The notes beneath the pieces were generated by a model. That model searched no databases and was not told the DNA's origin. It was given only the letters and a program-made list of their open reading frames with translations. 64,000 nt of DNA from Alistipes sp. (GTDB taxonomy: Bacteria; Bacteroidota; Bacteroidia; Bacteroidales; Rikenellaceae). Numbering within the stretch: position 1 is the stretch's first letter; each line of letters opens with the position of its first letter. Shown in pieces: positions 19,617 to 29,812 of the stretch. Where the stretch lies: assembly GCA_017631275.1 (NCBI GenBank), contig JAGBTQ010000002.1, forward strand, positions 3,680-67,679, read 5' to 3'. Made by a program: the position numbers and the translations under genes.

Positions 19617-20000
19617 ATGGCATCAATTTTTTCACGAATTGTAGCAGGGGAGATTCCCTGTTATAAGGTTGCAGAGAACGACAAGTTCTTCGCATTTCTC
19701 GACATCGCACCTTTGGCTAAGGGCCACACTCTTGTAATTCCAAAGCGTGAAGTTGACTATTTCTACGATCTAGAGGACGAGGAGTTGCAGGGTATGATCG
19801 TTTTCGCTAAAGAGATTGCGAAGAAAATCAAGGCAACTACACAGTGTACAAAGGTCGCAACAGTGGTTTTGGGCCTCGAAGTAGCCCATGCACATATCCA
19901 TCTGGTGCCTATGAACACCGAAAAGGATGTAGATTTCAGCCGTGAGAAGCTTAAATTAACTCCAGAAGAGTTCGCAGAAATTGCAGCATCATTGCAGTAA
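19617..20000 (+). CDS. HIT family hydrolase
   Basis: SIFSRIVAGEIP, GHTLVIPK and HAHIH histidine triad. Confidence 0.95.
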   Translation: MASIFSRIVAGEIPCYKVAENDKFFAFLDIAPLAKGHTLVIPKREVDYFYDLEDEELQGMIVFAKEIAKKIKATTQCTKVATVVLGLEVAHAHIHLVPMNTEKDVDFSREKLKLTPEEFAEIAASLQ

Positions 20001-20649
20001 TTCACGGCTGTTAATAACTTTGTAACTTATTAATATTTAGAGTGGTAGGGTATTTCATGTCCTACCACTTTTTTATGTTTTTTAACATAATATAAACCTC
20101 TATTTATTTCTCTGCACATATCAGGGTTGACTCATCTTTTTTCGCAAATTTCTTAACAATTCTTTACACTTGTAATTACATTTGTAATCAGTTACAAATG
20201 TATATAATGTAATTATGTTACAAAAGTAAATACACTAATCTCTGTTGATAATTGTTAATAATTACAAGTGTTAAATTCTATGTTACAATTTTCAATACCT
20301 TGTTTTACCCAATTTATCTCTATATTCAAATGTTGAATATTAATTTTTACACAACTAAATATCAATCGGTTACGATGTTTATGTTAATTCAATTATGCCG
20401 TTAAACGCTATTATAGCCCATTTTTGCTATATTTTGTTATTAAATGTATAATATTATGGCTAACTGCTGAAAATATAGTAATATACGTGTGTTATATTAA
20501 TTAGATTATTGCTAAATGAATTTTACGCTATTTACCATAATTTGATAATTTACAGATGTAATGGTTGTTAACATTTATCAACACTTTACTTTTGTATAGA
20601 AATTTGCATTACAAAAATAAAATGTTTATATTTGTAAAAATTATCGATT
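20001..20649. other. Candidate replication origin (oriC)
   Basis: About 650 bp, very AT-rich and ORF-free; DnaA-box-like TTATCAACA/TTATTAACA at 20009, 20243, 20253 (minus strand) and 20575 (plus strand). Confidence 0.6.
20041..20074 (+). terminator. Terminator after the HIT gene
   Basis: AGTGGTAGG...CCTACCACT followed by a T tract. Confidence 0.75.
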
Positions 20650-21084
20650 ATGAAGGAAAAATTGGAGTATTTGCTTCGTGAGAAGCAGCTAACTGCGACT
20701 TCGCTCGCTCGCCTACTCGAGATACAGCCCTCGGGAATTTCTCATATTATGTCTGGACGCAACAAGCCGAGCTTCGATTTGGTGGTTAAAATTCTCTCAG
20801 CTTTTCCCGATATAAATCCTGATTGGTTATTGCTCGACTCCGATGAGGTCTATCGTCGTGGCGGAACCTCCTCCACTCGCGACCTCTTTGGCTTAGATGA
20901 TCAGGCTTTGGAGAGTGAACCAACATTCGACTTACAAGAAAATATCGAATTCTCAGAGAGCAAAAATCAAGAAGAAAATTTGCCAATGCACAATTTTTCC
21001 TCTGCTAAAAATTCGGGTAAGATGGTAGATCGCATCGTCATCTTGTATGCCGATGGAACGTTCGAGAGTTTTAGTCAGAAGTAG
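20650..21084 (+). CDS. XRE/Cro-like helix-turn-helix protein
   Basis: LTATSLARLLEIQPSGISHIMSGRNKPS...INPDWLL N-terminal HTH; C-terminal DRIVILYADGTFESF. Confidence 0.9.
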   Translation: MKEKLEYLLREKQLTATSLARLLEIQPSGISHIMSGRNKPSFDLVVKILSAFPDINPDWLLLDSDEVYRRGGTSSTRDLFGLDDQALESEPTFDLQENIEFSESKNQEENLPMHNFSSAKNSGKMVDRIVILYADGTFESFSQK

Positions 21085-21274
21085 CAGCTCCGATTTTCGA
21101 TACTATATATATAAACAGTAATCCGCAACTTGGCAGGTCGTAGGTTTCGATGCCATGTTGCGGATTTTGCTTATATTTGCTATATGTACTAATTATTCAC
21201 AATTATGCATACATATTGCATAATATTTGCGATGAATTTTCGATATTTTAGATTGCGTTTTACCTTTGATTTAG

Positions 21275-23317
21275 CTATTTGCGCATAGCTTCGAGCTCTC
21301 GCATACGGTCACGATGACGTGTTGCCGCAGCAAAGTCGAGGCGTTTGGCAGCCTCCTCCATATCCTTTTTGGCGGTAGCTATGAGGCTCTCGAGAGTCTC
21401 CTCTGTGGTGTATGTTGACATCGGCTCGGCTGCCATAGTAAATGGCTCGGCGTAGTGCTGCTCGACAATTGGTGTTACGGTCATGTTGGTTGGCATGTTG
21501 CTCTCGCGCTCGCTTAGAAGTGCGCTCTGACCACTGCCACTCTTCTGTGCCTGGCGTGGTATAATTCCATGCTCGAGATTATACATTATCTGCTTCTCGC
21601 GACGGCGGTTGCTCTCCTCCATTGCCGCAAGCATCGAGTCGGTAATCTTGTCGGCATAGAGTATTGCGTGACCATTAGCATGGCGCGCAGCACGTCCCGC
21701 AATCTGCGTTATAGAGCGTATATTACGCAAGAATCCCTCCTTGTCGGCATCGAGGATTATGACGAGTCCCACCTCGGGAAGGTCTAAGCCCTCACGTAGT
21801 AGATTTACGCCGACGAGCACATCTATGAGGTCGTCGTGCAGGTCTTCGAGTATCTTGATGCGGTCGAGCGTGTCGATGTCGGAGTGTATGTAGTTGTTGC
21901 GCACGCCTATTCTGTCGAGATACTTCGACATTTCCTCAGCCATGCGCTTGGTGATTGTTGTCACTAAGACCTTGTCACCCTTGCGCACACGGGCATTTAT
22001 CTCCTCCAGGAGGTCGTCTATCTGTCCATCTGTTACACGTACGTCGAGCGGTGGGTCGATGAGTCCTGTGGGGCGTATTAGCTGCTCCACAATCTCGCCC
22101 TCGCTCTTCGTTAGCTCGTAGCTTGCGGGCGTGGCACTCACATATATCTTTGTTGGCGTGAGGCTCTCAAACTCGAAGAATTTAAGCGGACGGTTATCCT
22201 TGGCTGCTGGTAGGCGGAAGCCATACTCCACGAGGTTCTCCTTGCGTGCACGGTCGCCACCAAACATGCCGTTTATCTGCGGTATTGTCACGTGGCTCTC
22301 GTCTATGACCGTTATGAAGTCCTTGGGGAAGAAGTCGATGAGGCAGAATGGACGTGAGCCCTCGGCGCGACCGTCGAAATAGCGCGAGTAGTTCTCTATG
22401 CCCGAGCAAAAGCCCAGCTCCTTAATCATCTCCAGGTCGTACTCCACACGCCCCTTTAGGCGTTGTGCCTCTAGCTCCTTGCCCTCGCGCTCAAAGAAGG
22501 CAAGCTGCTTGCCTAGGTCGAGGTATATCTCCGATGTGGCCTGCGCTATGCGCTCTTGCGATGTTACAAAGAGGTTGGTGGGGTAGAGCGTTATGCTCTG
22601 CAGCGACGATAGCTTCTGTCCTGTGCCTCCGTCGATGCTGTATATCGCCTCTATTTCGTCGTCGAAGAATACTATGCGGAATGCCTGGTTGCCAAACTCG
22701 CCAAAGGCTGCCATGATGTCTATCGTCTCGCCCGTCACGCGGAATGTTGCGGGGCGTAGCTCCAGCTCGGTGCGTGTGTATAGCGCATCTACAAGCTTGC
22801 GTAGGAAGGGTTTGCGGCCTATGCGCTCGCCTACCTTTATCTCGATAGCCATCTTGTGGAAGTCGTCGGGGTTGCCACAGCCATATATGCACGACACGCT
22901 CGCCACGACGATGACATCCTTGCGCCCCGAGAGCAGCGTGGATACTGTCTTTAGGCGTAGTCGCTCAATCTCGTCGTTTATCGAGAGGTCTTTTTCTATG
23001 TATGTGTCGGTCGTGGGGAGGTATGCCTCAGGCTGGTAGTAGTCGTAGTACGACACGAAATACTCCACGGCATTCTCCGGAAAGAAGTTCTTAAACTCGT
23101 TGTATAGCTGCGCTGCCAGCGTCTTGTTATGGCTTATAATCAGCGCAGGACAGTTTAGCTCGGCTATCACGTTGGCTATGGTGAATGTCTTTCCCGAGCC
23201 CGTCACACCAAGCAACACCGAGTCGTTCTTGCCCGTAGATATGTTACGCACAAGCTGCTCGATAGCCTCAGGCTGATCGCCCGTAGGCTCGTATGCCGAA
23301 ACGAGTTTAAAGTCCAT
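21275..23317 (-). CDS. uvrB: Excinuclease ABC subunit B
   Basis: PTGDQPEAI, GVTGSGKT, YYDYYQPEAY, DESH and NLLREGLDLPEV motifs. Confidence 0.98.
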   Translation of the reverse strand: MDFKLVSAYEPTGDQPEAIEQLVRNISTGKNDSVLLGVTGSGKTFTIANVIAELNCPALIISHNKTLAAQLYNEFKNFFPENAVEYFVSYYDYYQPEAYLPTTDTYIEKDLSINDEIERLRLKTVSTLLSGRKDVIVVASVSCIYGCGNPDDFHKMAIEIKVGERIGRKPFLRKLVDALYTRTELELRPATFRVTGETIDIMAAFGEFGNQAFRIVFFDDEIEAIYSIDGGTGQKLSSLQSITLYPTNLFVTSQERIAQATSEIYLDLGKQLAFFEREGKELEAQRLKGRVEYDLEMIKELGFCSGIENYSRYFDGRAEGSRPFCLIDFFPKDFITVIDESHVTIPQINGMFGGDRARKENLVEYGFRLPAAKDNRPLKFFEFESLTPTKIYVSATPASYELTKSEGEIVEQLIRPTGLIDPPLDVRVTDGQIDDLLEEINARVRKGDKVLVTTITKRMAEEMSKYLDRIGVRNNYIHSDIDTLDRIKILEDLHDDLIDVLVGVNLLREGLDLPEVGLVIILDADKEGFLRNIRSITQIAGRAARHANGHAILYADKITDSMLAAMEESNRRREKQIMYNLEHGIIPRQAQKSGSGQSALLSERESNMPTNMTVTPIVEQHYAEPFTMAAEPMSTYTTEETLESLIATAKKDMEEAAKRLDFAAATRHRDRMRELEAMRK

Positions 23318-23330
23318 AGTGGGTATTGAG

Positions 23331-23368
23331 ATAGTTTAGGGAAGTCTTTTGAAACTTCCCTAAACTAT
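23331..23368. terminator. Perfect 15-bp inverted repeat between nagB and uvrB
   Basis: ATAGTTTAGGGAAGT / ACTTCCCTAAACTAT; no clear U tract, so it may be a processing or stability hairpin instead. Confidence 0.5.
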
Positions 23369-23377
23369 ATTTAAGTA

Positions 23378-24160
23378 TTACTTCTCGATATTCTTGAAGT
23401 AGCGGTATGTTGCAACCCTTAGCTCCTCGGCTGCTGGGTCGTCGCATACGATGATGCCCGCAGGGTGAATCTGTAGGGCTGAGAGTGTCCACTGGTGGTT
23501 ATAGCTGCCCTCGATGGCGTGGCGCAAGGCACGTGCCTTCTTAGGGCCAGTGGCAAGGATAAGTACCTTGCGAGCGTCGAGGATTGTGCCAACACCCACG
23601 GTGAGCGCCTGTGTAGGCACCTTCGAGATGTCGCCACCAAAGAAGCGTGAGTTCACGGCGATAGTGTCGGGCGTGAGGGTCTTGATGCGTGTGCGCGACT
23701 GCAATGATGAGAATGGCTCATTGAAGGCGATGTGTCCATCTTCGCCCACACCACCCATAAATAGGTCGATACCACCCGCCTCGACGATTGCCTCCTCGTA
23801 AGCACGGCACTCAGCCATAAGGTCCTCGGCATTGCCATTGAGAATATGCACGTTCTCAGGCTTTATGTCGATATGCGAGAAGAAGTTGTTCCACATAAAC
23901 GAGTGGTAGCTCTCGGGGTGTGACTCCTCAAGGCCTACATACTCGTCCATGTTGAAGGTGATTACATTCTTGAACGACACCTCGCCAGCCTCGTATAGGC
24001 GGATAAGCTCCTTATATGTCTGCAATGGCGTTGAACCCGTAGGAAGACCTAAAACAAATGGGGCATCTGTCTTTGTCGCCTTTGCGTTAATCTCATCTAC
24101 AATGAGGCGTGCTGCCCACTGTGCAACCTCTGCTGAGGTATCCTTGATAATTACTCTCAT
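23378..24160 (-). CDS. nagB: Glucosamine-6-phosphate deaminase
   Basis: [15 protein letters not shown] and [12 protein letters not shown] motifs. Confidence 0.96.
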   Translation of the reverse strand: MRVIIKDTSAEVAQWAARLIVDEINAKATKTDAPFVLGLPTGSTPLQTYKELIRLYEAGEVSFKNVITFNMDEYVGLEESHPESYHSFMWNNFFSHIDIKPENVHILNGNAEDLMAECRAYEEAIVEAGGIDLFMGGVGEDGHIAFNEPFSSLQSRTRIKTLTPDTIAVNSRFFGGDISKVPTQALTVGVGTILDARKVLILATGPKKARALRHAIEGSYNHQWTLSALQIHPAGIIVCDDPAAEELRVATYRYFKNIEK

Positions 24161-24177
24161 AATATGGTTTTTACATT

Positions 24178-26127
24178 TTAAAACATCTTTACAAATACCT
24201 CAATCGCCTGATACTCAGCCATGCCGAGCTTGTCGTATAGCTTTGCGGTATTCTGCGTGCGCTCCTCGGCACGCTGCCAAAACTCGCGAGTGTCGCTACC
24301 GGGGAATGGCACGATATCCTTCTGCGAGAGGTGGCGATATATGGCGTGACGCTTCTTTAGCATCTCGTCTGGCGATAGGGGTACTGCCATGTCAACAAGT
24401 CCGAGGTTCCACTCCATCCATGCACCACGGTATAGCCACAAGTGGCACTCCTCGCGCCAGTCGTCGTCCTTGGTTATGTCTAACGCCTCGAGCAATGCCT
24501 CGATACACATGCGGTGTGTGCCATGAGGGTCGGCAAGGTCGCCTGCAGCATATATCTGGTGTGGGCGTATCTGGCGTAGTAGCTCGACGATGATGTCGAT
24601 ATCTTTCTCTGTTATCGCTCCCTTCTTGATACCTCCCGTCTCGTAGAATGGTAGGTTGAGGAAGTGGGCGTTGGTGTCGGGGTTAAGGCCAAATGAGCGC
24701 ACTGCGGCACGTGCCTCAGCACGACGTATAGCACCCTTGATGTCGAGGAGCTCGCGTGGCTCAGGCTCGCCCTGCTTCTTCGACTTAATTGTCTTCTCCA
24801 CCTCCTTAAACTTGTCGCCAAGGCCAAGCTCGCGCGCTGTGTCGATGTTCTGCAATACTACGTCGTCGTGCACAGCCACGTTGCCCGATGTCTGGTATGC
24901 CACATGCACGTCGTGGTCCTGCTCCACAAGGCGGATAAACGTACCACCCATAGATATAACGTCGTCGTCGGGGTGTGGCGAGAAGATGAGCACTCGCTTA
25001 GGGTATGGTAGCGATGGTGTAGGACGTGTCGAGTCGTCGGCATTGGGTTTACCTCCTGGCCAACCAGTGATGGTATGCTGCAAGTCGTTGAATACACGAA
25101 TATTGATTTTGTCGTATGTTCCGCACTTCTCCAATAGCTCACCCAACGAGTTCTCAATATAGTCCTTGTATGTTAGCTTTAGAATAGGCTTGTTCACCTT
25201 GCTACATAGCCATACCACAGCCTTGCGCACAAACTTTGGTGTCCAGTGGCATGGTCCCACGAGCCATGGTGTCTGCTCGCGTGTGAGGTTCTCGGCGGCA
25301 TTCTCGTCGATGACAAGCTCTATGGCAGGGTGTAGCTGCAGGTGGCTTGCTGGCACAAGGTCGGTAACCTCGCCCTCCACAACGCTCTGCACCACCTTAG
25401 CCTTCTGCTCGCCCCATGCCAAAAGCATGATGCGGTCGGCATGCATGATAGTGCCAATACCCATGGTGATAGCCATCTTTGGGGTGTTCTCCAAGCCGAA
25501 GAACTGTCCTGACTGCACCTTGCGCGAGTTGTGTGATAGCTCTACAAGGCGTGTTGGCGACTTGGCATACGAGCCCTGCTCGTTGAAGCCTATCTGACCC
25601 TCCTCGCCCATGCCGATAATCATGAGGTCGATTTTACGTATCGACTTCTCATATTCGGCGCAATACTCCGAGATGTTCGACTGAGGCACTGTGCCGTCAG
25701 GAATATGAATATTCTCTGGAGCAATATCTATGTGCTTAAGGAACTCGTCGTGTATGCGGTAGTTTCGGCTCTGCTGCTCGGTGCTACGAATAGGGTAGAA
25801 CTCGTCGAGAGAGTATACGGCAACATTGGCAAACGAAATCTCGCCACTCTGATAGCGCTTTACAAGCTCACGGTATAGACCAAGGGGTGTGTGACCAGTT
25901 GTAAGTCCAAGTACAAATGGAGGTAGCTCCTCGTAGATGTCGCGTGCCGAGGCATTCTCTTTGTGCTGACGCACTAGTCTGCAGATGATGTCGGCAACAT
26001 ACTGCACACCATTGTACTCACTTTCAAAGACACGTGTCGGAATCTTCTCGTAGCGATGCACGATGTCTTTTGGTGCTGCCTCTTTAATCAGGCCACCGTC
26101 CTTTGGAAGTTGATACTTTGCGTTCAT
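24178..26127 (-). CDS. NagB-like domain fused to a PIG-L/LmbE-type deacetylase domain
   Basis: N-terminal [16 protein letters not shown] and GFNE; C-terminal [14 protein letters not shown] and DPHGTH. Confidence 0.9.
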   Translation of the reverse strand: MNAKYQLPKDGGLIKEAAPKDIVHRYEKIPTRVFESEYNGVQYVADIICRLVRQHKENASARDIYEELPPFVLGLTTGHTPLGLYRELVKRYQSGEISFANVAVYSLDEFYPIRSTEQQSRNYRIHDEFLKHIDIAPENIHIPDGTVPQSNISEYCAEYEKSIRKIDLMIIGMGEEGQIGFNEQGSYAKSPTRLVELSHNSRKVQSGQFFGLENTPKMAITMGIGTIMHADRIMLLAWGEQKAKVVQSVVEGEVTDLVPASHLQLHPAIELVIDENAAENLTREQTPWLVGPCHWTPKFVRKAVVWLCSKVNKPILKLTYKDYIENSLGELLEKCGTYDKINIRVFNDLQHTITGWPGGKPNADDSTRPTPSLPYPKRVLIFSPHPDDDVISMGGTFIRLVEQDHDVHVAYQTSGNVAVHDDVVLQNIDTARELGLGDKFKEVEKTIKSKKQGEPEPRELLDIKGAIRRAEARAAVRSFGLNPDTNAHFLNLPFYETGGIKKGAITEKDIDIIVELLRQIRPHQIYAAGDLADPHGTHRMCIEALLEALDITKDDDWREECHLWLYRGAWMEWNLGLVDMAVPLSPDEMLKKRHAIYRHLSQKDIVPFPGSDTREFWQRAEERTQNTAKLYDKLGMAEYQAIEVFVKMF

Positions 26128-26302
26128 AGCTTATCTGTTTTATCTCATTAAATCCTATACAAGTGGCTCGCCATCTTGACCTTCAGTTCTATGAACTGTT
26201 CTCTTTTTGGCGCAGAAACCACTTCAATCTTCAAAGTTATAATTTTTTTGCCAAATATGCTAATATTGTGGAGAAATTTTAGTGCCGAGGACGAGATTTT
26301 TT

Positions 26303-26460
26303 ATGAGATAGATGGGATGAATGGGATAGATGGGATAGATGAGATAAATGGGATAGATGAGAAATTCGCATCAAGCTTTAGCGTTACCCATCAAGCTTTA
26401 GCGTTACCCATCTCTCCCATCAAGCGTTAGCGCCCCCATTTATCCCAGCCCCTGCCCACC
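26303..26460. repeat. Mosaic short-repeat tract (ATGGGATAG-type 9-mers and two CATCAAGCTTTAGCGTTACC units)
   Basis: Direct reading; related tracts at about 15150-15266, 34230-34390 and 46770-46950. Confidence 0.85.
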
Positions 26461-26477
26461 TAAATCAGCAAGAAATA

Positions 26478-26607
26478 AATTTATTGTTAGAAGGGGTTAG
26501 ATTTGGCTTATCGCAAAAGTGAGCACCCGAGGATAGTAGTAAACCTACAGCCTCGGGTGCTCAGCTTTTTGGGATAGGTCAATGATGACCCCTTATCACA
26601 ATAAATT
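26478..26607 (-). repeat. ~130-bp structured element, copy 2 (A type)
   Basis: Minus strand AATTTATTGTGATAAGGGG...CCCCTTCTAACAATAAATT; overlaps the purA TAA. Confidence 0.9.
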
Positions 26608-27889
26608 AAAAGATTGCCTTGCGAATAATAGTCTGCTCACGATCCGGACCTACCGACACCACTGCAACCTCGATGCCTGTAAGCTCCTCGAGCTTAGCGA
26701 TATATGCCTTAGCATTTGCTGGTAGCTCGTCGTACGACTTGATGGCTGTGATATCCTCTGACCAGCCGTCAAGCTCGATATACTCAGCCTCTACACGCTC
26801 AAGCTGTGCGATTGTCGATGGCACATAGTCGATAGCCTTGCCGTCTAGTTTGTAGCCTGTGCAGATGCGAATCTTCTCAAGACCCGACAATACGTCGAAG
26901 AGCATGAGTGATAGGTAGTTGATGCCGCTGATGCGACGCACATGGTTGAGCACTACTGTATCCAACCAACCCACACGACGTGGACGACCAGTTACTGTAC
27001 CATACTCATGGCCACGCTCACGGATGTAGTCGGCACGCTCGTCGAAGAGCTCCGATGGGAAAGGACCCTCACCCACACGTGTTGTATATGCCTTAGCTAC
27101 GCCCATTACGTTGTTCACGTAGCGAGGAGCAAGACCAGTGTTCACTGGTACGCTTGCTGCTGTAGGGCTTGATGATGTCACGAATGGATATGTACCGTGG
27201 TCGATGCAGAGCATAACACCCTGAGCACCCTCAAACAATACCTTCTTGCCCTCCTCAACAAGGCGGTTGAGAAGCACTGATGTGTCGCAGATCATTGGAC
27301 GAAGACGCTCGCCAAGCTCCAAGTACTGGTTGTAGATAGTGTCGAAGTCACAAGGCTCCATGCCGAGTGCCTTGAGCTCGATGTTCTTCTGCATGAGAGC
27401 ATCCTTTAGGCGCTCTGCGAAGTACTCCTTATCCAAGAGGTCGCCAATGCGAATGCCTACACGGCTATACTTGTCGGTATAAGCAGGGCCGATGCCCTTC
27501 TTGGTAGTACCAATCTGGCGGCCACCCTTTAGAGCCTCGTAAGCACCATCGAGCATCGCGTGGTAGGGCATAACGCATGCCGCGCGATCCGAGATGTAGA
27601 GCTGATAGTCGGTGATGCCTGCTGTGTGAAGACGCTCCAACTCCTCGAGAAGAGATACGGGGTTGATGACCATACCATTGGCCATTACGTTTATGATGTG
27701 GGGGTTAAATACGCCCGAAGGAATCGACTGCAAAGCGAACTTCTTGCCGTCGAATACGATAGTGTGACCAGCGTTGTTGCCACCCTGATGACGAACTACG
27801 ACGTCTGCACCACCAGCATAGAAGTCGGTGATTTTACCCTTGCCCTCGTCGCCCCACTGAGCGCCAACAACAACCAATGTATTACTCAT
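26606..27889 (-). CDS. purA: Adenylosuccinate synthetase
   Basis: QWGDEGKGK, GGNNAGHT, EGAQG and TTRVGEGPF motifs. Confidence 0.98.
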   Translation of the reverse strand: MSNTLVVVGAQWGDEGKGKITDFYAGGADVVVRHQGGNNAGHTIVFDGKKFALQSIPSGVFNPHIINVMANGMVINPVSLLEELERLHTAGITDYQLYISDRAACVMPYHAMLDGAYEALKGGRQIGTTKKGIGPAYTDKYSRVGIRIGDLLDKEYFAERLKDALMQKNIELKALGMEPCDFDTIYNQYLELGERLRPMICDTSVLLNRLVEEGKKVLFEGAQGVMLCIDHGTYPFVTSSSPTAASVPVNTGLAPRYVNNVMGVAKAYTTRVGEGPFPSELFDERADYIRERGHEYGTVTGRPRRVGWLDTVVLNHVRRISGINYLSLMLFDVLSGLEKIRICTGYKLDGKAIDYVPSTIAQLERVEAEYIELDGWSEDITAIKSYDELPANAKAYIAKLEELTGIEVAVVSVGPDREQTIIRKAIF

Positions 27890-28007
27890 AATGTTTAGTC
27901 TATTTTGCGCCTTATCTGCTAAGGCATAATTTTACGCCTACAAAAGTAGTAAATTTTATGCTAAAAAGCTACACGAACTACCGAAATTATTAACATCTTG
28001 TCAAAAA

Positions 28008-29264
28008 TCAGCTCTTCGACCTATTTACTAAGTGCTCCATGATGATTACTACTACCACGCCCATGGCAAATCCGTTGCCCAAAAGAGGCTCGATAATCTG
28101 TGGCATGATGCCGCGTGGCATAAGCTGGAAGAGCATGGCCATCATTAGCGGAAGACCTATGGTAAGGCCATCGCCAAACGAGCGTACCGACTGCGTTGAG
28201 TGTAGCATCTCGAACGATGCTGCAAGCTGCGTTCCCATCAAAAAGAGGAGTATCACGCCAATCACGGGGTTAGGTATCGCCGTGAGTGCCCATATCACCC
28301 TGTCCGAGAACGAGCAGAGCATAAGCAGAAGTGTCGCAGGAATTAGTGCATAGCGTGAAGCACAACCTGTTGAGGCTACGATGCCTGGACTCATAGAGTA
28401 GTTTACAGGACCCAAAATGCCGAGCGAGCCTGCCACGATGTTGGCAACGCCCGTGATGCGCACACCACGCTTAAGGCGCGATGACATATTGTCGGTTTGT
28501 AGCATCTTGCCCAGCGACTCGATAGAGCCGATGTCGTTGATAAGCAGTGCTATGTAGCAGATGAAGAATGCTACCACAAGACCCCAGTCACACTTAAACT
28601 CGCTGATAAAGAGCCCGTCGAGCGTAATCTTGCTTGGTGTGAACTCTCCAAGAGGGAATATGACATAGTATGCCACGCTGCCTACGACAAGAGCTATGGG
28701 TATTACAAGGCTCTTGGCAACGCCACGCAGTGTGCGGTTGAGAACAACCATCATAGGGGTTGCTACAAGGGTGAATATAAGACCAAAGATATGCTCGGCG
28801 TGCGATGCCTGAGCAGGGAAGATAAGGTTCTTGATTACGGGCGTAAGGGTGAAGGCTATGAGCATGAGTATCACTACCACGATGCGTGGCGTGAAGAGCC
28901 TCTGCACATGCTTAATCAATCCGCCGAAGGTAATCAGCGTGATGAGCCCGCCACCAAGGGCTATTGACGAGTAGATAGCGCTGCTGTCGCTATTGCTCGC
29001 GAGGGAAGATATCACACCTACGAGTAGCACCGCAGCAGGGCCTACAACCAGCGGCAGACGGTGTCCCCAGATAACCTGAATAAGACCCGTGAGTCCCATT
29101 ACCATAAACATCTTCTGACTGTAGAAGAGCTTCTCGGCGGGTGATCCCTGTGCAACGAAGACACTTGTTACAACCACTGCCACTGCAAGGATAAACCACT
29201 GCAAGGCGTAGAGCAATAACTGCGATAGGGGCAGTCGGTCATCGACATTATATTTAAGTTTCAT
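28008..29264 (-). CDS. NCS2 xanthine/uracil-family permease
   Basis: Polytopic membrane protein, QVIWGHRLP and GIVASTGCASRY; downstream of a purine deaminase gene. Confidence 0.85.
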   Translation of the reverse strand: MKLKYNVDDRLPLSQLLLYALQWFILAVAVVVTSVFVAQGSPAEKLFYSQKMFMVMGLTGLIQVIWGHRLPLVVGPAAVLLVGVISSLASNSDSSAIYSSIALGGGLITLITFGGLIKHVQRLFTPRIVVVILMLIAFTLTPVIKNLIFPAQASHAEHIFGLIFTLVATPMMVVLNRTLRGVAKSLVIPIALVVGSVAYYVIFPLGEFTPSKITLDGLFISEFKCDWGLVVAFFICYIALLINDIGSIESLGKMLQTDNMSSRLKRGVRITGVANIVAGSLGILGPVNYSMSPGIVASTGCASRYALIPATLLLMLCSFSDRVIWALTAIPNPVIGVILLFLMGTQLAASFEMLHSTQSVRSFGDGLTIGLPLMMAMLFQLMPRGIMPQIIEPLLGNGFAMGVVVVIIMEHLVNRSKS

Positions 29265-29279
29265 CGAATATCTTTGTCG

Positions 29280-29798
29280 TTAGTACTCAACTTTGTCCGT
29301 TTTCTCTTGCCACTTTACGAATGCAGCCATAGCCTCGCTACGCATAAAGTGCTCGCAGTGTATCGAGCGGCGGTCGTAGTCGAGGCGTAGCTGATCGTAG
29401 ATAAACGAGTCGTCGAACTCGATGGCGGCAGCGTCACGCTTAGTGTTGGCGTAACAAATGCGCTCGATACCCGCCCAATAGAGGGCACTAAGACACATGG
29501 GGCATGGCTCACACGAAGTATAGACCGTGCAGCCCTTAAGGTCGAAGGTTTGTAGCCTCTGGCAAGCATTGCGTATCGCCACAACCTCGGCATGAGCCGT
29601 AGGGTCGTTGTTTGGAACTACACGATTTGCACCTTTGGCGATTAGCTCGCCATCGCGCACGATGACAGCACCAAAGGGGCCACCTCCACTATCTATATTC
29701 TCGATAGATAGCTCTATTGCCATCTGCATAAACCTCTGATCTTCTGCGCTATAGTCGGTGCGCTCGGGAAGACCATTCTGGGTATCGAACTTTGTCAT
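29280..29798 (-). CDS. Zn-dependent nucleoside/guanine deaminase (GuaD-like)
   Basis: GGPFGAVI, DPTAHAE and CEPCPMC motifs. Confidence 0.92.
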   Translation of the reverse strand: MTKFDTQNGLPERTDYSAEDQRFMQMAIELSIENIDSGGGPFGAVIVRDGELIAKGANRVVPNNDPTAHAEVVAIRNACQRLQTFDLKGCTVYTSCEPCPMCLSALYWAGIERICYANTKRDAAAIEFDDSFIYDQLRLDYDRRSIHCEHFMRSEAMAAFVKWQEKTDKVEY

Positions 29799-29812
29799 TA
29801 TTTAAAATGTTT

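Noticed and set aside
20362-20389. dif site (TTATGTTAATT resembles a XerD arm)
   Set aside because: No XerC-like arm lies at 6-bp spacing, and a chance match is likely in AT-rich DNA
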